From Alphaproteobacteria bacterium (GTDB taxonomy: Bacteria; Pseudomonadota; Alphaproteobacteria; UBA828): DNA of 64,000 nucleotides. A program made the position numbers and the translations under genes. The notes below the pieces were generated by a model that made no database searches, was not told the DNA's origin, and was given only the letters and a program-made list of their open reading frames with translations. Position 1 is the stretch's first letter. Each line of letters opens with the position of its first letter. Shown here in pieces: positions 29,384 to 39,111 of the stretch. The DNA is taken from NCBI GenBank assembly GCA_965214705.1, contig OZ243972.1:2336001-2400000 (forward strand). Direction: 5' to 3'.

Positions 29384-31636
29384 TCAGAACGGGGTCGGAT
29401 CGGCGAAGCGGCGCAAGACGTTCTCGGTCATGCGCGAGACGTTGTTGTCGTGGTCGTTGTGGGCGAGGCTGCCGCACCAGGAGATCGAGCTGGTGGAGAA
29501 CACCGCGCCGCCGTTCGGGGTCTCGTAGAACACGATGTCGGCACGCACCAGCGGGTCCTGGGTGCCATCGCAGTTGGGCCGGTTCACGTCGAGCTCTTCG
29601 CAGACCACGAGGTAGAGGTCGGTGTGGCCTTCCGAGCTCGCCAGCACATAGGTGTTGGGCGGCGTGCCCAGCAGCGGGTCGGCCCGGTCGAGCTCCAGCC
29701 CCGCCGCGCCGCCGCCGATCAGCCCGAAATCGCCGATCTTCTCGTCCTTGCCGATGCCCTCGCAGATCCAGGCGACCTCCTTCTTGAAGCTGTCGGGCTG
29801 GCGCACGTAGTAGGACGAGATGTCGAAGCCCTGCGCGCTGAAGCCGGTGCCGGCGATGACCTGCGGCGGCCGGCCGTTGCGCCGCCAGAGGCCGCCGTAC
29901 TCGCCGGTGAAGCTGTGATAGTACTCGCCGGGCCGCGCGATCCAGGTGCGGATGCCGTCCTCGGCGCGGCGCACCTCGATACAGCCCGGCACCTCGGTGT
30001 GGTAGGCGATGCGCCAGTACCAGCCGTTGGCGCCCATGTACATGAGCCGCCCGCCGCGCTGCTGGTAGGCGTACATCGCATCCCACATCGCCTTGGAGTG
30101 GTACTCGGGGTGCGAGCCGGTGAGCACCACCGTGTAGTCCTCGATCGCCGCCAGGCCCTCGTAGTGCAGGTCCTCGTCGGTGACGACGTCGTACTCGAAG
30201 CCCTTCGCCTCCAGCCACTCGGTGAGGTGGGTGTCGGCGTTGAACTGCCAGAGCGTGGATTCGGTGCCGCCGATCCATTCCAGCGCCTTCGGGCGGAAAT
30301 TCAGGACCGGCCTGAGCCGCGAGGAGTAGCAGATGCCGCTGCCGTCGATGTGGCTGTCGTAGAGCGAGGTGCCGTATTCCCGGTGCTCGCTGCGCTGCAG
30401 GTTCTTCTCGTTCAGCACCGTGAGCCGGCCGGCGAGAATTTGCGCCGCGCCCATGTTGGTGGACATGTTGGTGTTGGCGTAAGCCATGTAGCTCGCGGTG
30501 GGCAGCAGGAAGCAGATCTTCGCGGTGGGCGCGCCGCGCGGGGCGCGCACGGCGAAGGGGATGTACTCCTCGCCGCCGCCTTCGCCGCGCAGCCTCGCGG
30601 CATAGACGCCGCTCTTCAGCCGCTTCGGGCAGGTGAGCGAGAAATCGACCTCCCAGCGTGCGTCGTAGACGTCGTCCTCGTGGAAGTGAATCGCGCCGTA
30701 CTGCTCCGGCGCGTTCTGCCAGTTCATCTCGCTGCCGTCCCAACACCAGCCGGTGACGGCGCGGGTCGGCAGGTTGACGAGGCTGCCGTGCAGCGCGTTG
30801 GCGGAAAGATCGGTCGCCGTCGTCGTTTTGATGCCCTGGGAGAAGTCCCAGGTGCCGACGATGGAGGTGGCGAGCGCGCCGTCCACCGGGCGGGTCTTGG
30901 CAAGTTCCATCTCCGCCGGGGTCAGCACGCGGTTGGCGACGCGGGGGCTGTCGATGCGCCCGTTGTAGAAGCCGCCGCAGACCGTGCGGCCCTTGTCGAC
31001 ACGCCGGAAGTAGCCGCCCATGGTGAGCGGCGCGTCGTGCTTCCCCGGCCCGCTGAGCTCCGATTTCTTCTTCAGGACGCGGGCGTCGTTGACGTTGGGG
31101 TAGTCGTTGAGCGGCTGCTGCACCAGCCCGATCTGCTTGGTCTCGGCGTTGTAGGTGGCGGCGACGAAATACCACTGGTGCGGGATCAACGGCCGGTTGG
31201 TGGCCGTGACCTCAATATTGCCGTCGCCGTCGCCGAGGCAGAGCGCGAGCGAGCCGTCCTGCTTGGTGATGATGAGCGCGGCACCCGCCTTGTCGCGGTC
31301 GCGCCAGTTGGAGATCAGCGCCTGGGTGCCGCGATCGGGCGTCGTCGGCCAGATGAAGGCCTGGAAGGTGAAGCTCTCCAGCCCCTGGATCGCGGGATGG
31401 GACGGGACCTCCATGAAGGAGCCGTCGTAGCAGACCTGCTTGCGCCCCTTGTAGGTGCCGCTCGCGCTGGTTCTGACCACCTGCTCCTTGACGCCGGGGC
31501 CGTCGGGGTTCTCGTCGCCGCAGATGAGGCGAACGATGTCGCACTTGTAGGTGGGGGCTTCGGAACTCACCATGAAGTTGATGGTCTCTCCCGGCGTCAC
31601 GCTGACGCGGTCGGCATAGCCCGCGATTCTGGTCAT
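29384..31636 (-). CDS. N,N-dimethylformamidase large-subunit family protein
   Basis: GYADRVSV, LamG-like domain, HFHEDD, SYMAYAN, SLYDSH, GSHPEY, YMGANGWYW, GAAGLELD. Confidence 0.88.
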   Translation of the reverse strand: MTRIAGYADRVSVTPGETINFMVSSEAPTYKCDIVRLICGDENPDGPGVKEQVVRTSASGTYKGRKQVCYDGSFMEVPSHPAIQGLESFTFQAFIWPTTPDRGTQALISNWRDRDKAGAALIITKQDGSLALCLGDGDGNIEVTATNRPLIPHQWYFVAATYNAETKQIGLVQQPLNDYPNVNDARVLKKKSELSGPGKHDAPLTMGGYFRRVDKGRTVCGGFYNGRIDSPRVANRVLTPAEMELAKTRPVDGALATSIVGTWDFSQGIKTTTATDLSANALHGSLVNLPTRAVTGWCWDGSEMNWQNAPEQYGAIHFHEDDVYDARWEVDFSLTCPKRLKSGVYAARLRGEGGGEEYIPFAVRAPRGAPTAKICFLLPTASYMAYANTNMSTNMGAAQILAGRLTVLNEKNLQRSEHREYGTSLYDSHIDGSGICYSSRLRPVLNFRPKALEWIGGTESTLWQFNADTHLTEWLEAKGFEYDVVTDEDLHYEGLAAIEDYTVVLTGSHPEYHSKAMWDAMYAYQQRGGRLMYMGANGWYWRIAYHTEVPGCIEVRRAEDGIRTWIARPGEYYHSFTGEYGGLWRRNGRPPQVIAGTGFSAQGFDISSYYVRQPDSFKKEVAWICEGIGKDEKIGDFGLIGGGAAGLELDRADPLLGTPPNTYVLASSEGHTDLYLVVCEELDVNRPNCDGTQDPLVRADIVFYETPNGGAVFSTSSISWCGSLAHNDHDNNVSRMTENVLRRFADPTPF

Positions 31637-31711
31637 GTGTAGCTCCCCCAGGGCCTGGCGGTAGATTGTCGGTGGTGCAGAGGGCCGCTCGCGCGGTGGC
31701 GATTGCGGCGG

Positions 31712-32014
31712 TTACTCAGGCAGCGCCTTGCCGGTGTGCTGCTTCCAGCGCAAGCGGAAGACGTAACGCTCGGCGTCGTCGATATTGTCGAAGGTCTTGT
31801 CGAGCAGCTTGACGGGCTTGCCGCGCACGCCCGAGAGCTGGGCCAGGCGCCATTCGCGGCCCGGCTTGGTGCAGACCAGGCAGTGCTTGCCCTTCACGTC
31901 GGCACCCCTCAGCGTGTTGAGCACCCGCTGCAGGTCGGGGCTGTGATGGCCAATCGGCTTGGCCATGAACTCGTCGACGACGTAAAGGTCCTTTTCCGTG
32001 ACTTGGTAGGCCAT
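31712..32014 (-). CDS. N,N-dimethylformamidase small-subunit-like protein
   Basis: EFMAKPIGHHSPDLQRVLNTLR...AERYVFRLRW; immediately upstream of the large subunit. Confidence 0.75.
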   Translation of the reverse strand: MAYQVTEKDLYVVDEFMAKPIGHHSPDLQRVLNTLRGADVKGKHCLVCTKPGREWRLAQLSGVRGKPVKLLDKTFDNIDDAERYVFRLRWKQHTGKALPE

Positions 32015-32109
32015 CGGTGACTCCCTGTGGCGCGGCGCCTGCGCTTCCCTTAAGGCGGGGGGATTAGACCGAAATGCGCCGGGCGAGACAACACCTGCGT
32101 TGCCGCCGG

Positions 32110-33636
32110 TCAGCGTTCCGGGGCGCCCCCTTCGGCGGCACGCCGCGCCACGAACGCGTCGAGCTCCTCGGCGATGGCGGGGTCGAGCGGCGGTGCTTCG
32201 TAGTCGGCGAGAAGCTGCTTCCAGATGCGCGTGGCACGGTCCGAGGTCTCGACCGCGCCGGCGTCGCGCCAGTTCTCGAAGTTGCGCCAATCCGAAAGCA
32301 TCGGCCGGTAGAAGGCAGTCTCGTACCGTGCCATCGTGTGGTCGCAGCCGAAGAAGTGACCGCCGGGGCCGACCTCGGCGATGGCGTCGAGACCCAGCTC
32401 TTCCTCGCTGGTATCCAGCGGCTTCAGAAACGCCTGCATCATCTGGACCATTTCGGCGTCCATGATGAATTTCTCGTATGACGCGCAAAGCCCGCCTTCG
32501 ATCCAGCCGAACCCGTGGATGATGTAGTTGGCTTGGGCGAGGACGACTGGCCAGATGGACATCTGCGATTCGTATGCCGCCTGGGCGTCGGCCGCGTTGG
32601 ACGCTGTGGCGTTGGACGAGCGCCACGGGATGCCGTAGCGCCGCGCGAGTTGGCCGGTGGCGATGGTCGCCTTGGCGTATTCCGGCGTTCCGAAGGCGGG
32701 CGAGCCGGACTTCATGTCCACGTTCGAGGTGAAGCTGCCGTAGACGGCCGGCGCACCGGGATTGACGCATTGCGAGAAGACGATCCCGGCAAGCGCTTCG
32801 GCGTTCTGGAGCACGAGTGCGCCTGCGACGTTGATCGGCGCCATGGCGCCCGAGAGAGTGAACGGGGTGTAGACCACCGGCTGGTTCAGCTCCGCCATCA
32901 CGATCGCGCCTTCCAGGAGCCCACCGTCGTAGATCAACGGAGAGTTGGAATTGACGACCGTGTGGATCGAAGGCTGGCGCAAGAGGTCGTCGCGGCTGAT
33001 GCCGCGCGCGATCCGCGCGATCTCGATCGCATCCGCCATGCGCTCGCGGCCGATCGCGTAGCCGAAGACGGGCTTGTCCGTGAGCGTGACCGACGCGGCC
33101 ACCGCGTGCAGATGGCGCGTGCGAACCGCCAGGTCGACGGGCTCCACGGGGTAGCCCGCCAGAGCATGCACCGCGTTGAGCGCGTGACAGAGCCGGATGA
33201 GATTCTTGTAGTCTTCAAAGTTGCCGGTGACCCGGCCTCGCTCTCGATCCGACACATTGGGCGCGGAGCCGACGCTGCCCCAGATGGCGTGGTTGCCGCC
33301 GAATTCGAGATCCCGATGGCTGGAGCGGCCGTGCAGGGTAAACCTGCGTGGCACTGTCTCGAGTTTCTCCTCGATGAACGCGGGGTCGAAGCGGACCCGC
33401 TTGCCATCCTCGCCGACCGTTGCACCGGCCTTTCGCAGGATGTCCACCGCGCGCGGTAGCTGGAACTCCATGCCGTTGTCACGGAGAACCCGCAGCGAGG
33501 CATGATGAAGGGCCTCGACCTGGTCGTCGGAGAGCACCCTCATCGGGGCGTAGGGATTGGAGACCTGCCCGAAGGGCGATTGCTCGACAGCGTTCCGGTC
33601 TGTGACCCGCCTGCCTCGGCTCCTGGCTCTAGCCAT
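32110..33636 (-). CDS. Trimethylamine methyltransferase (MttB) family protein, non-pyrrolysine
   Basis: NSNSPL, TPFTLSGAMAP, QNAEALAG, DMKSGSPAFGTPE, DAQAAYES, GPGGHFFG; no in-frame TAG. Confidence 0.92.
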   Translation of the reverse strand: MARARSRGRRVTDRNAVEQSPFGQVSNPYAPMRVLSDDQVEALHHASLRVLRDNGMEFQLPRAVDILRKAGATVGEDGKRVRFDPAFIEEKLETVPRRFTLHGRSSHRDLEFGGNHAIWGSVGSAPNVSDRERGRVTGNFEDYKNLIRLCHALNAVHALAGYPVEPVDLAVRTRHLHAVAASVTLTDKPVFGYAIGRERMADAIEIARIARGISRDDLLRQPSIHTVVNSNSPLIYDGGLLEGAIVMAELNQPVVYTPFTLSGAMAPINVAGALVLQNAEALAGIVFSQCVNPGAPAVYGSFTSNVDMKSGSPAFGTPEYAKATIATGQLARRYGIPWRSSNATASNAADAQAAYESQMSIWPVVLAQANYIIHGFGWIEGGLCASYEKFIMDAEMVQMMQAFLKPLDTSEEELGLDAIAEVGPGGHFFGCDHTMARYETAFYRPMLSDWRNFENWRDAGAVETSDRATRIWKQLLADYEAPPLDPAIAEELDAFVARRAAEGGAPER

Positions 33637-33716
33637 CCCCAACGTCCCTCAAGAACCCCGCGCAGACACTAGGCTAAGCCGCGCCAAGAGCTGTCCAGAA
33701 TTCATAATATTCTGCA

Positions 33717-33741
33717 AATACATGAACATATTTCATGTATT
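33717..33741. promoter_or_regulatory. Palindromic LysR operator matching the MetR box
   Basis: AATACATGAA-CATAT-TTCATGTATT: perfect 10-bp arms; core TGAACATATTTCA fits TGAANNTNNTTCA; lies between divergent mttB and lysR. Confidence 0.7.
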
Positions 33742-33860
33742 GTCGGGTGACGGTGCAGGGAGGGGGCGCCGTTGCTGTCCGTGATTCTGAATTCGGGGTG
33801 TTTGATGACAAGCCAAGATAGACCCGGCGTCCGCGAAGCGCCCGCCACGGGCCTCGCTGC

Positions 33861-34784
33861 ATGACACGGTTGGAGCTTCGCCACTACCGCGCCGTGTTGG
33901 CCCTGCGTCACCACCATTCCGTCACCGCCGCCGCCGCGGCGCTCGGCGTGACCCAATCGGCGATCAGCCATCGCTTGACCGAGGTGGAGCGGCGCCTTGG
34001 GCGCAAGGTGACGGTGCGAAGCGGGCGCAAGGTGTGGCTGAACACGGCGGGCGAGCTCCTGGCGTCGAGCGCCGAATCAATCCTGAACGAAGCCCATCAC
34101 GTCGAAGCCCACTTGCTTTCCGGCAGCGAACGCGAGGAGAGCCAAATCGTTCGGATCGCGACCTTCGCCTACAACTCGTATCGCTGGCTGCCTGCATTCC
34201 TGAAGATCGTGAAGGAGAAGCGGCCCAACCTCGCCTTCGAGTTCGTTGCGAGTGCGCCCGGCCTGCCCGTGCGAACGATCGAGAGCGGGGAGGCCGATCT
34301 TGGCATCATGGCGGGGCAGATCACGTCCAAGCAGGTCGAGACCGTGACGCTGTTCGATGACGAGCTGGTCTGCGTTTGCCCCAAGGATCATCCATTGGCC
34401 GCCAAGCGTTTTCTCGAAGCCGACGATTTCATGGACTACCCGTACATCACCTACTCAGCTCACAAGGAAGACGGGTTCGAGCAGGACCAACTATGGCGGC
34501 GGTCGGGAAAGCGGCCGAGTGTGATGTTGAATGCGGGTCATACCGAGGCGGTGATCGAGCTCGTGCGGGCCGAGTTCGGCTTGTCGATCCTGAGCCGGTG
34601 GGCGGTCGCGCACTTCCAGTTTCGAGACGATATCGCGCAGATCAAGGTGACCGAAGAGGGGCTGCCGCTCAGGTGGCACGCCGTCTATCGCGGGGTCCAT
34701 CTGGACCGCGACGTATTAGCCGAAATCAGCCATTCGCTGCGGGACTGGTGCCGGAACTCGACGCTGGTTCGGAACGCCGTTTGA
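33861..34784 (+). CDS. LysR-family regulator, MetR-like
   Basis: LELRHY...SVTAAAAALGVTQSAISHRLTEVERRLG HTH; RIATFAYNSYRWL. Confidence 0.88.
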   Translation: MTRLELRHYRAVLALRHHHSVTAAAAALGVTQSAISHRLTEVERRLGRKVTVRSGRKVWLNTAGELLASSAESILNEAHHVEAHLLSGSEREESQIVRIATFAYNSYRWLPAFLKIVKEKRPNLAFEFVASAPGLPVRTIESGEADLGIMAGQITSKQVETVTLFDDELVCVCPKDHPLAAKRFLEADDFMDYPYITYSAHKEDGFEQDQLWRRSGKRPSVMLNAGHTEAVIELVRAEFGLSILSRWAVAHFQFRDDIAQIKVTEEGLPLRWHAVYRGVHLDRDVLAEISHSLRDWCRNSTLVRNAV

Positions 34785-34800
34785 TCTGCAGCGGGCCGGC

Positions 34801-35607
34801 CTATTCGCCGCGCTCCAGCCGCCGCCGTCGTTGGACGATCAGGAACATGTAGCCGCCGAAAAGAATGACGATGGCGCCGAACACCGAGAGCGCGCCCATG
34901 GTCGGAATCATCGGCGTGTAGCCGGAGCCCATCTTGGTATAGAGCCATTCGGTGACCGTGCTGTCGGCGCCGGTGGTGAAGGTCGAGAGCGGGAAGTTGC
35001 CCCAGGAGAGCAGAAAGGCGAAGAGCGCGCCGGAGAAGAGGCCGGGCGCGAGCGCTGGGAGCGTCACTTCGCGGAAGGCCTGCCAGCGGCTGGCACCAAG
35101 GTCGTAGGCGGCCTCCTCCTGCGCGGCATCGAAGCCGTAGACCTGGATCGAGATGACCAGCGTCACGATCGGCACGATCCAGACCAGATGGGCGAAGACC
35201 GCCGCCTCCCAGCTCGGCAGCACGCCGACGTAGGTGAACCAGAGCAGCAGCGCGAGGCCGAGCACTGCCTGCGGGAAGAAGATCGGCAGCATGATGAGGC
35301 GCTGATAGAACTGCCGCCCGCGCCAGTTGTAGCGGGCGAACGCCAAGGCGCCGAAGAAGCCCAGCACGACCGCGATCAGCGCGACGCAGCCCGCGACATA
35401 GAACGAGGTGAGGTGCAGGTCCGTGGTCAGGTTGGCGCCGAGGGTCTGGTCGTACCACTTGTCGCTCCACGCTTTCACCGGGAAGCGGAAGTAGCGCGAC
35501 TTGCCGAACGAGCTCGTGATGACCGAGAAGATCGGGATGTAGAGGAAGAGCGCGATCACGCCGGTCCAGACCGCGATCAGGCTTATGACCCAGCGCTTGC
35601 TTTCCAT
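34801..35607 (-). CDS. Polyamine/amine ABC transporter permease (PotC-like)
   Basis: FLYIP, EEAAYDLGASRWQAFREVTLP (EAA loop). Confidence 0.88.
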   Translation of the reverse strand: MESKRWVISLIAVWTGVIALFLYIPIFSVITSSFGKSRYFRFPVKAWSDKWYDQTLGANLTTDLHLTSFYVAGCVALIAVVLGFFGALAFARYNWRGRQFYQRLIMLPIFFPQAVLGLALLLWFTYVGVLPSWEAAVFAHLVWIVPIVTLVISIQVYGFDAAQEEAAYDLGASRWQAFREVTLPALAPGLFSGALFAFLLSWGNFPLSTFTTGADSTVTEWLYTKMGSGYTPMIPTMGALSVFGAIVILFGGYMFLIVQRRRRLERGE

Positions 35608-35628
35608 CTCAGAGTCCGCCTACGCGCG

Positions 35629-36543
35629 TCATCGTCGGCCCAGCAGCCGGTCAAGGTCGAGCCGGCGCATCACCAGCACCACGAGGAAGCCGGTGACCAC
35701 GATGGCCAGCACGGAAATCGCCGAGCCCAGCGGCCAGTTCTGGGCGTAGGTGAACTCGTGCTGGATGTCCTGGGCGATCACCGGCGTGTTCTGGCCGCCG
35801 AGCAGCTTGGCCTCCGAGATTGCGCCCACCGCCAGCACGAAGGTCAGCAGCGCCCCGATCAGGATGCCCGGCATGGCGATCGGCAGCTCGACCTCGCGAA
35901 ATATCTGGAAGCGGCTCGCGCCGAGATCGCGCGAGGCCTCCACTTGGTCGCGCGGCACCATGGAGAGCCCTAAAACGATGGGGAAGAGGGTGAAGGGCAG
36001 ATAGACGTAGATCATGCCCATCAGGATGGTGCCGGGCTCGTAGAGCAACGTGCCGGTGTCGATGCCGAAGGCGGTCTTGAGGCCGCCTGCCAGGATGCCG
36101 CCGCCCTTGATCAGGAAGAGGTACCAGCCGAAGAGCCGAACGTTCTCGGAAACGAAGAGAGGGATGACAAGCACCAGCATGACCGGCGCCGCCCAGCGGC
36201 CGAACAGCTTGGAGAGGCCGTAGGCGATCGGGTAGCCGATCATGAGGTTGCAGAGGACGGTAAGCCCAGCCAGCGCAAACGACCAGATGAAGGAGATGTA
36301 GTAGCTCTCCGTGAAGATGTGCTCGTAGTTCTCGGTGGTGAAGCCGGCGCCGAGGTCGAAGGTGCGCTCCGGCGTGAAGCTGAAGGCCAGCACGATCACC
36401 AGCGGGCCGACGAAGCCGATCAGGAAGAAGATCAGAACGGGCGTGGCATTGAGCACGCCGGGCGAGCGCAGCCAGCTAATAAGAAGCGCACCGACCCCTG
36501 GCTGCCGGATGATGGGTGCGGGCGCCGCTGCTTGGTCGGCCAT
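35629..36543 (-). CDS. Polyamine/amine ABC transporter permease (PotB-like)
   Basis: GYPIAY, YVYLPF, EASRDLGAS, NWPLGSA. Confidence 0.88.
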   Translation of the reverse strand: MADQAAAPAPIIRQPGVGALLISWLRSPGVLNATPVLIFFLIGFVGPLVIVLAFSFTPERTFDLGAGFTTENYEHIFTESYYISFIWSFALAGLTVLCNLMIGYPIAYGLSKLFGRWAAPVMLVLVIPLFVSENVRLFGWYLFLIKGGGILAGGLKTAFGIDTGTLLYEPGTILMGMIYVYLPFTLFPIVLGLSMVPRDQVEASRDLGASRFQIFREVELPIAMPGILIGALLTFVLAVGAISEAKLLGGQNTPVIAQDIQHEFTYAQNWPLGSAISVLAIVVTGFLVVLVMRRLDLDRLLGRR

Positions 36544-37613
36544 CAGTCGGTCACGAGCACGCTGTCTTTAGCGTCCCAGCCGATCAGCACGTCGTCGTTG
36601 AGCGAACCCCGATAGGCCTGCTCGCGGAGCTTCTCGACGACGAACATCGAGCCGCCGGCGCTCACGTGGTACTGCACCCGGGAGCCCAGCGCGTACTCGT
36701 TGAAGAGCGAGCCCTCCAGATGGTTCTCGGCCTCGGAGGGGTCGTTGAGGAAGCGCATCGATTCGGGCCGGATCACGAGATAGCCGTGGGAGAAGCCGTC
36801 CGGCCGCCGGGTCGGGCTGGTGAAGCGGCGCTCGAAGGCGGGGCAGTCGATGCCGCCGTCCGCGCCAGCCTGCACCGCGAGCGTGTTCACCTCCCCCATG
36901 AACTCCGAGACGAACTTGTTGCGCGGGCGCAGATAGATTTCGTTGGGCGAGCCGATCTGGATCAGTCGCCCCTCCTGCATGATCCCGATGCGGTCGCTCA
37001 TCACCATCGCCTCTTCGAGGCTGTGGGTGATGTAGACGAAAGTCTTGCCCGTGGTGCGGTGGAGGTCCTTGAGCTCGACCTCCAGCAGCTTGCGCAGCCG
37101 ATAGTCGATGGCGGATAGCGGCTCGTCGAAGAACAGGATGTCGGGATCGGAGGCCAAGGCACGGGCCAGCGCCACGCGCTGACGCTCACCGCCCGAGCAC
37201 TTGGTGACGGACTTGTCGTAGTAGTCCTCTGGTAGCTGCACCACGTTCATGAGCGAGAGGCCGCGCTCGCGGCGGGCGCGGCGGCTCTCGCCCCGCATCT
37301 TCAGCGAAAACTCGATGTTCTGGCCCACCGTCTTGTGATTGAAGAGCGCGAGCGACTGAAAGACCATGCAGGTCGGCCGCCGGTTCGCGGGCACTTGGTT
37401 GACCCGCTCGTCGCGCAAGTAGATGTCGCCCGCGGTCGGCTTCTCCAGCCCACCCAGCATGCGGAGCAGCGTGGTCTTGCCGCTGCCGGAGGGGCCGACG
37501 ATGGTGAAGAACTCGCCCTCCTGGATGTCGAGGGTGACGTCGTTCACGGCGACCAGTCGGCCGAACTGCTTGGTCAGGCTGACCATGCGCAGGATGGGCG
37601 CGGCATCCACCAT
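36543..37613 (-). CDS. Polyamine/amine ABC transporter ATPase (PotA-like)
   Basis: GPSGSGKTT, SGGERQRVALARA, DEPLSA, TOBE-like C-terminus. Confidence 0.92.
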   Translation of the reverse strand: MVDAAPILRMVSLTKQFGRLVAVNDVTLDIQEGEFFTIVGPSGSGKTTLLRMLGGLEKPTAGDIYLRDERVNQVPANRRPTCMVFQSLALFNHKTVGQNIEFSLKMRGESRRARRERGLSLMNVVQLPEDYYDKSVTKCSGGERQRVALARALASDPDILFFDEPLSAIDYRLRKLLEVELKDLHRTTGKTFVYITHSLEEAMVMSDRIGIMQEGRLIQIGSPNEIYLRPRNKFVSEFMGEVNTLAVQAGADGGIDCPAFERRFTSPTRRPDGFSHGYLVIRPESMRFLNDPSEAENHLEGSLFNEYALGSRVQYHVSAGGSMFVVEKLREQAYRGSLNDDVLIGWDAKDSVLVTD

Positions 37614-37730
37614 GGCGCTCGTCTCGATCCTCTCTCCGCAAATGCGCCGCCCGGCCGGGTGCGGCCGGGCGTGCGATCAAAGCGGGGGCGCGCGGTAGCT
37701 GCCGCGCGCCCCCATCGCTGCCGGCCGGGC

Positions 37731-38924
37731 TTAGGACTTCTCGCGCCGCGCCGCCGTGTAGATGTCGTAGAGCCGGTTGTAGTCCGGCACCACGTCGTAC
37801 TCGACGGAGTGCGAGATGCGGTAGTCGAACTCGTCCCACTGGAAGGAGTCGAGCTCTTCCGCCGTGAACTTGGCGAGCAGCTCCGGCTGCGACATCTGCC
37901 CCACCGGGAGCAGGAAGCCACCGGCGGTCGCCACCGCGTAGGAAGTGTCGGGCTGGAGGATGTACTCCATCCAGTCGAAGGCCTTCGGGTGCAGGTCGGG
38001 ATTGTTGACCACCGAGCTGAGTTCGATCCAGTTGATCCCGCCCTTGCCGTCGGCAGGCCCGCTCTTTGGCACCACGTGATAAAGGTTGGTGAGCCCGTCG
38101 AGGCGCGCCGCCGAGATGGAGTAGGTGCCGCCACCGAAGTACATGTCGATCTCGCCGTTGACCACGGCAAGGTTCACGGCGACGAAGTCGTCCGAGACCA
38201 TCTTCGCGCCGTTGATGAGACGCCGCGCCGCCTCCTCGAAGGTGGCGACCTCGTCGTCGGACTTCATCTTGAACGGGTGCAGGCCGGCGGCCATGCAGAT
38301 GTGCATGATGTTCCAGTTGTCGTAGGCGAGAATGCCGTAGCGGCCGGCCATGTCGGGATTGTTGAACAGATCCCAGCCTTCGTCCTTCCCCATCTCCGCC
38401 GAGATGACGTCGGTGTTGACGACGAAGTCGAAGGTGTCGACTCGCTGGCAGACCCCCAGCAGGTGCTCATTGTCGAGGCTCATCGCCCACTTGTAGGGCG
38501 GATGGAACATCGGCAGCATCGCCTCGAAATAGGGCTCGAAGCGGGCCCGGTCGAGCTCGACGATGAGCCCCTCGGGCCACATCATCTCGCGCGCCCACGG
38601 GTTGTTCAGGTTGATGATGTCCCAGATCGCGGTCTCGCCGGCGCGGAGCTTGTTGACCGAATCCGGGTCCGACGTGTGCAGCTCGTACTTGATCCCCGTG
38701 TCGTACTGATCGGTGAAGCCGTCGAGCACGCGCGGGTCCACGTAGCCGTCCCACGTCAGCATCGTCAGTTCGTCAGCGGCACGGGCCCGGCCCGCGAGGG
38801 CGCCGCCCGCTCCCAGTGCCAACGCGCCTGCACCGATCCCTTGAAGCACCTGACGCCGAGTGGCGGCCGCGCCGCGCACCGGGTCGCGCTTCACCATCTG
38901 CTTGAGAAGTTTGTCCTCGTTCAT
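37731..38924 (-). CDS. Periplasmic substrate-binding protein (PotD/PotF family), Tat-exported
   Basis: TRRQVLQG Tat motif, LTWDGY, PKSG...WIE. Confidence 0.85.
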   Translation of the reverse strand: MNEDKLLKQMVKRDPVRGAAATRRQVLQGIGAGALALGAGGALAGRARAADELTMLTWDGYVDPRVLDGFTDQYDTGIKYELHTSDPDSVNKLRAGETAIWDIINLNNPWAREMMWPEGLIVELDRARFEPYFEAMLPMFHPPYKWAMSLDNEHLLGVCQRVDTFDFVVNTDVISAEMGKDEGWDLFNNPDMAGRYGILAYDNWNIMHICMAAGLHPFKMKSDDEVATFEEAARRLINGAKMVSDDFVAVNLAVVNGEIDMYFGGGTYSISAARLDGLTNLYHVVPKSGPADGKGGINWIELSSVVNNPDLHPKAFDWMEYILQPDTSYAVATAGGFLLPVGQMSQPELLAKFTAEELDSFQWDEFDYRISHSVEYDVVPDYNRLYDIYTAARREKS

Positions 38925-39111
38925 GGTCTTCTCCTCTGTGGCGCCGCGCGATGGGGCCCGCGTCCAGCCCCGTGAAGGCGGCAACTAAAGGTCGTGACGC
39001 GCTGGCCGCACTCCGCACGATTGCAGAGGCGGCAATCCCGTCAATCTAAGCATAATCGTGGCGGCGCCTCACCCCGAATTCGGCGAACACCACCTGCAGC
39101 AGGGGTATTGC

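Noticed and set aside
29135-31642. Long antisense or alternative-frame ORFs (835 aa here, many similar elsewhere)
   Set aside because: Shadow ORFs expected in high-GC DNA opposite well-supported genes; no recognisable motifs.
32110-33636. Pyrrolysine recoding in MttB
   Set aside because: The ORF has no in-frame TAG and no pyl genes are present.
37640-37730. GC-rich hairpins between the potD-like and potA-like genes
   Set aside because: Ordinary intra-operon stem-loops after a substrate-binding protein gene; no second copy seen.
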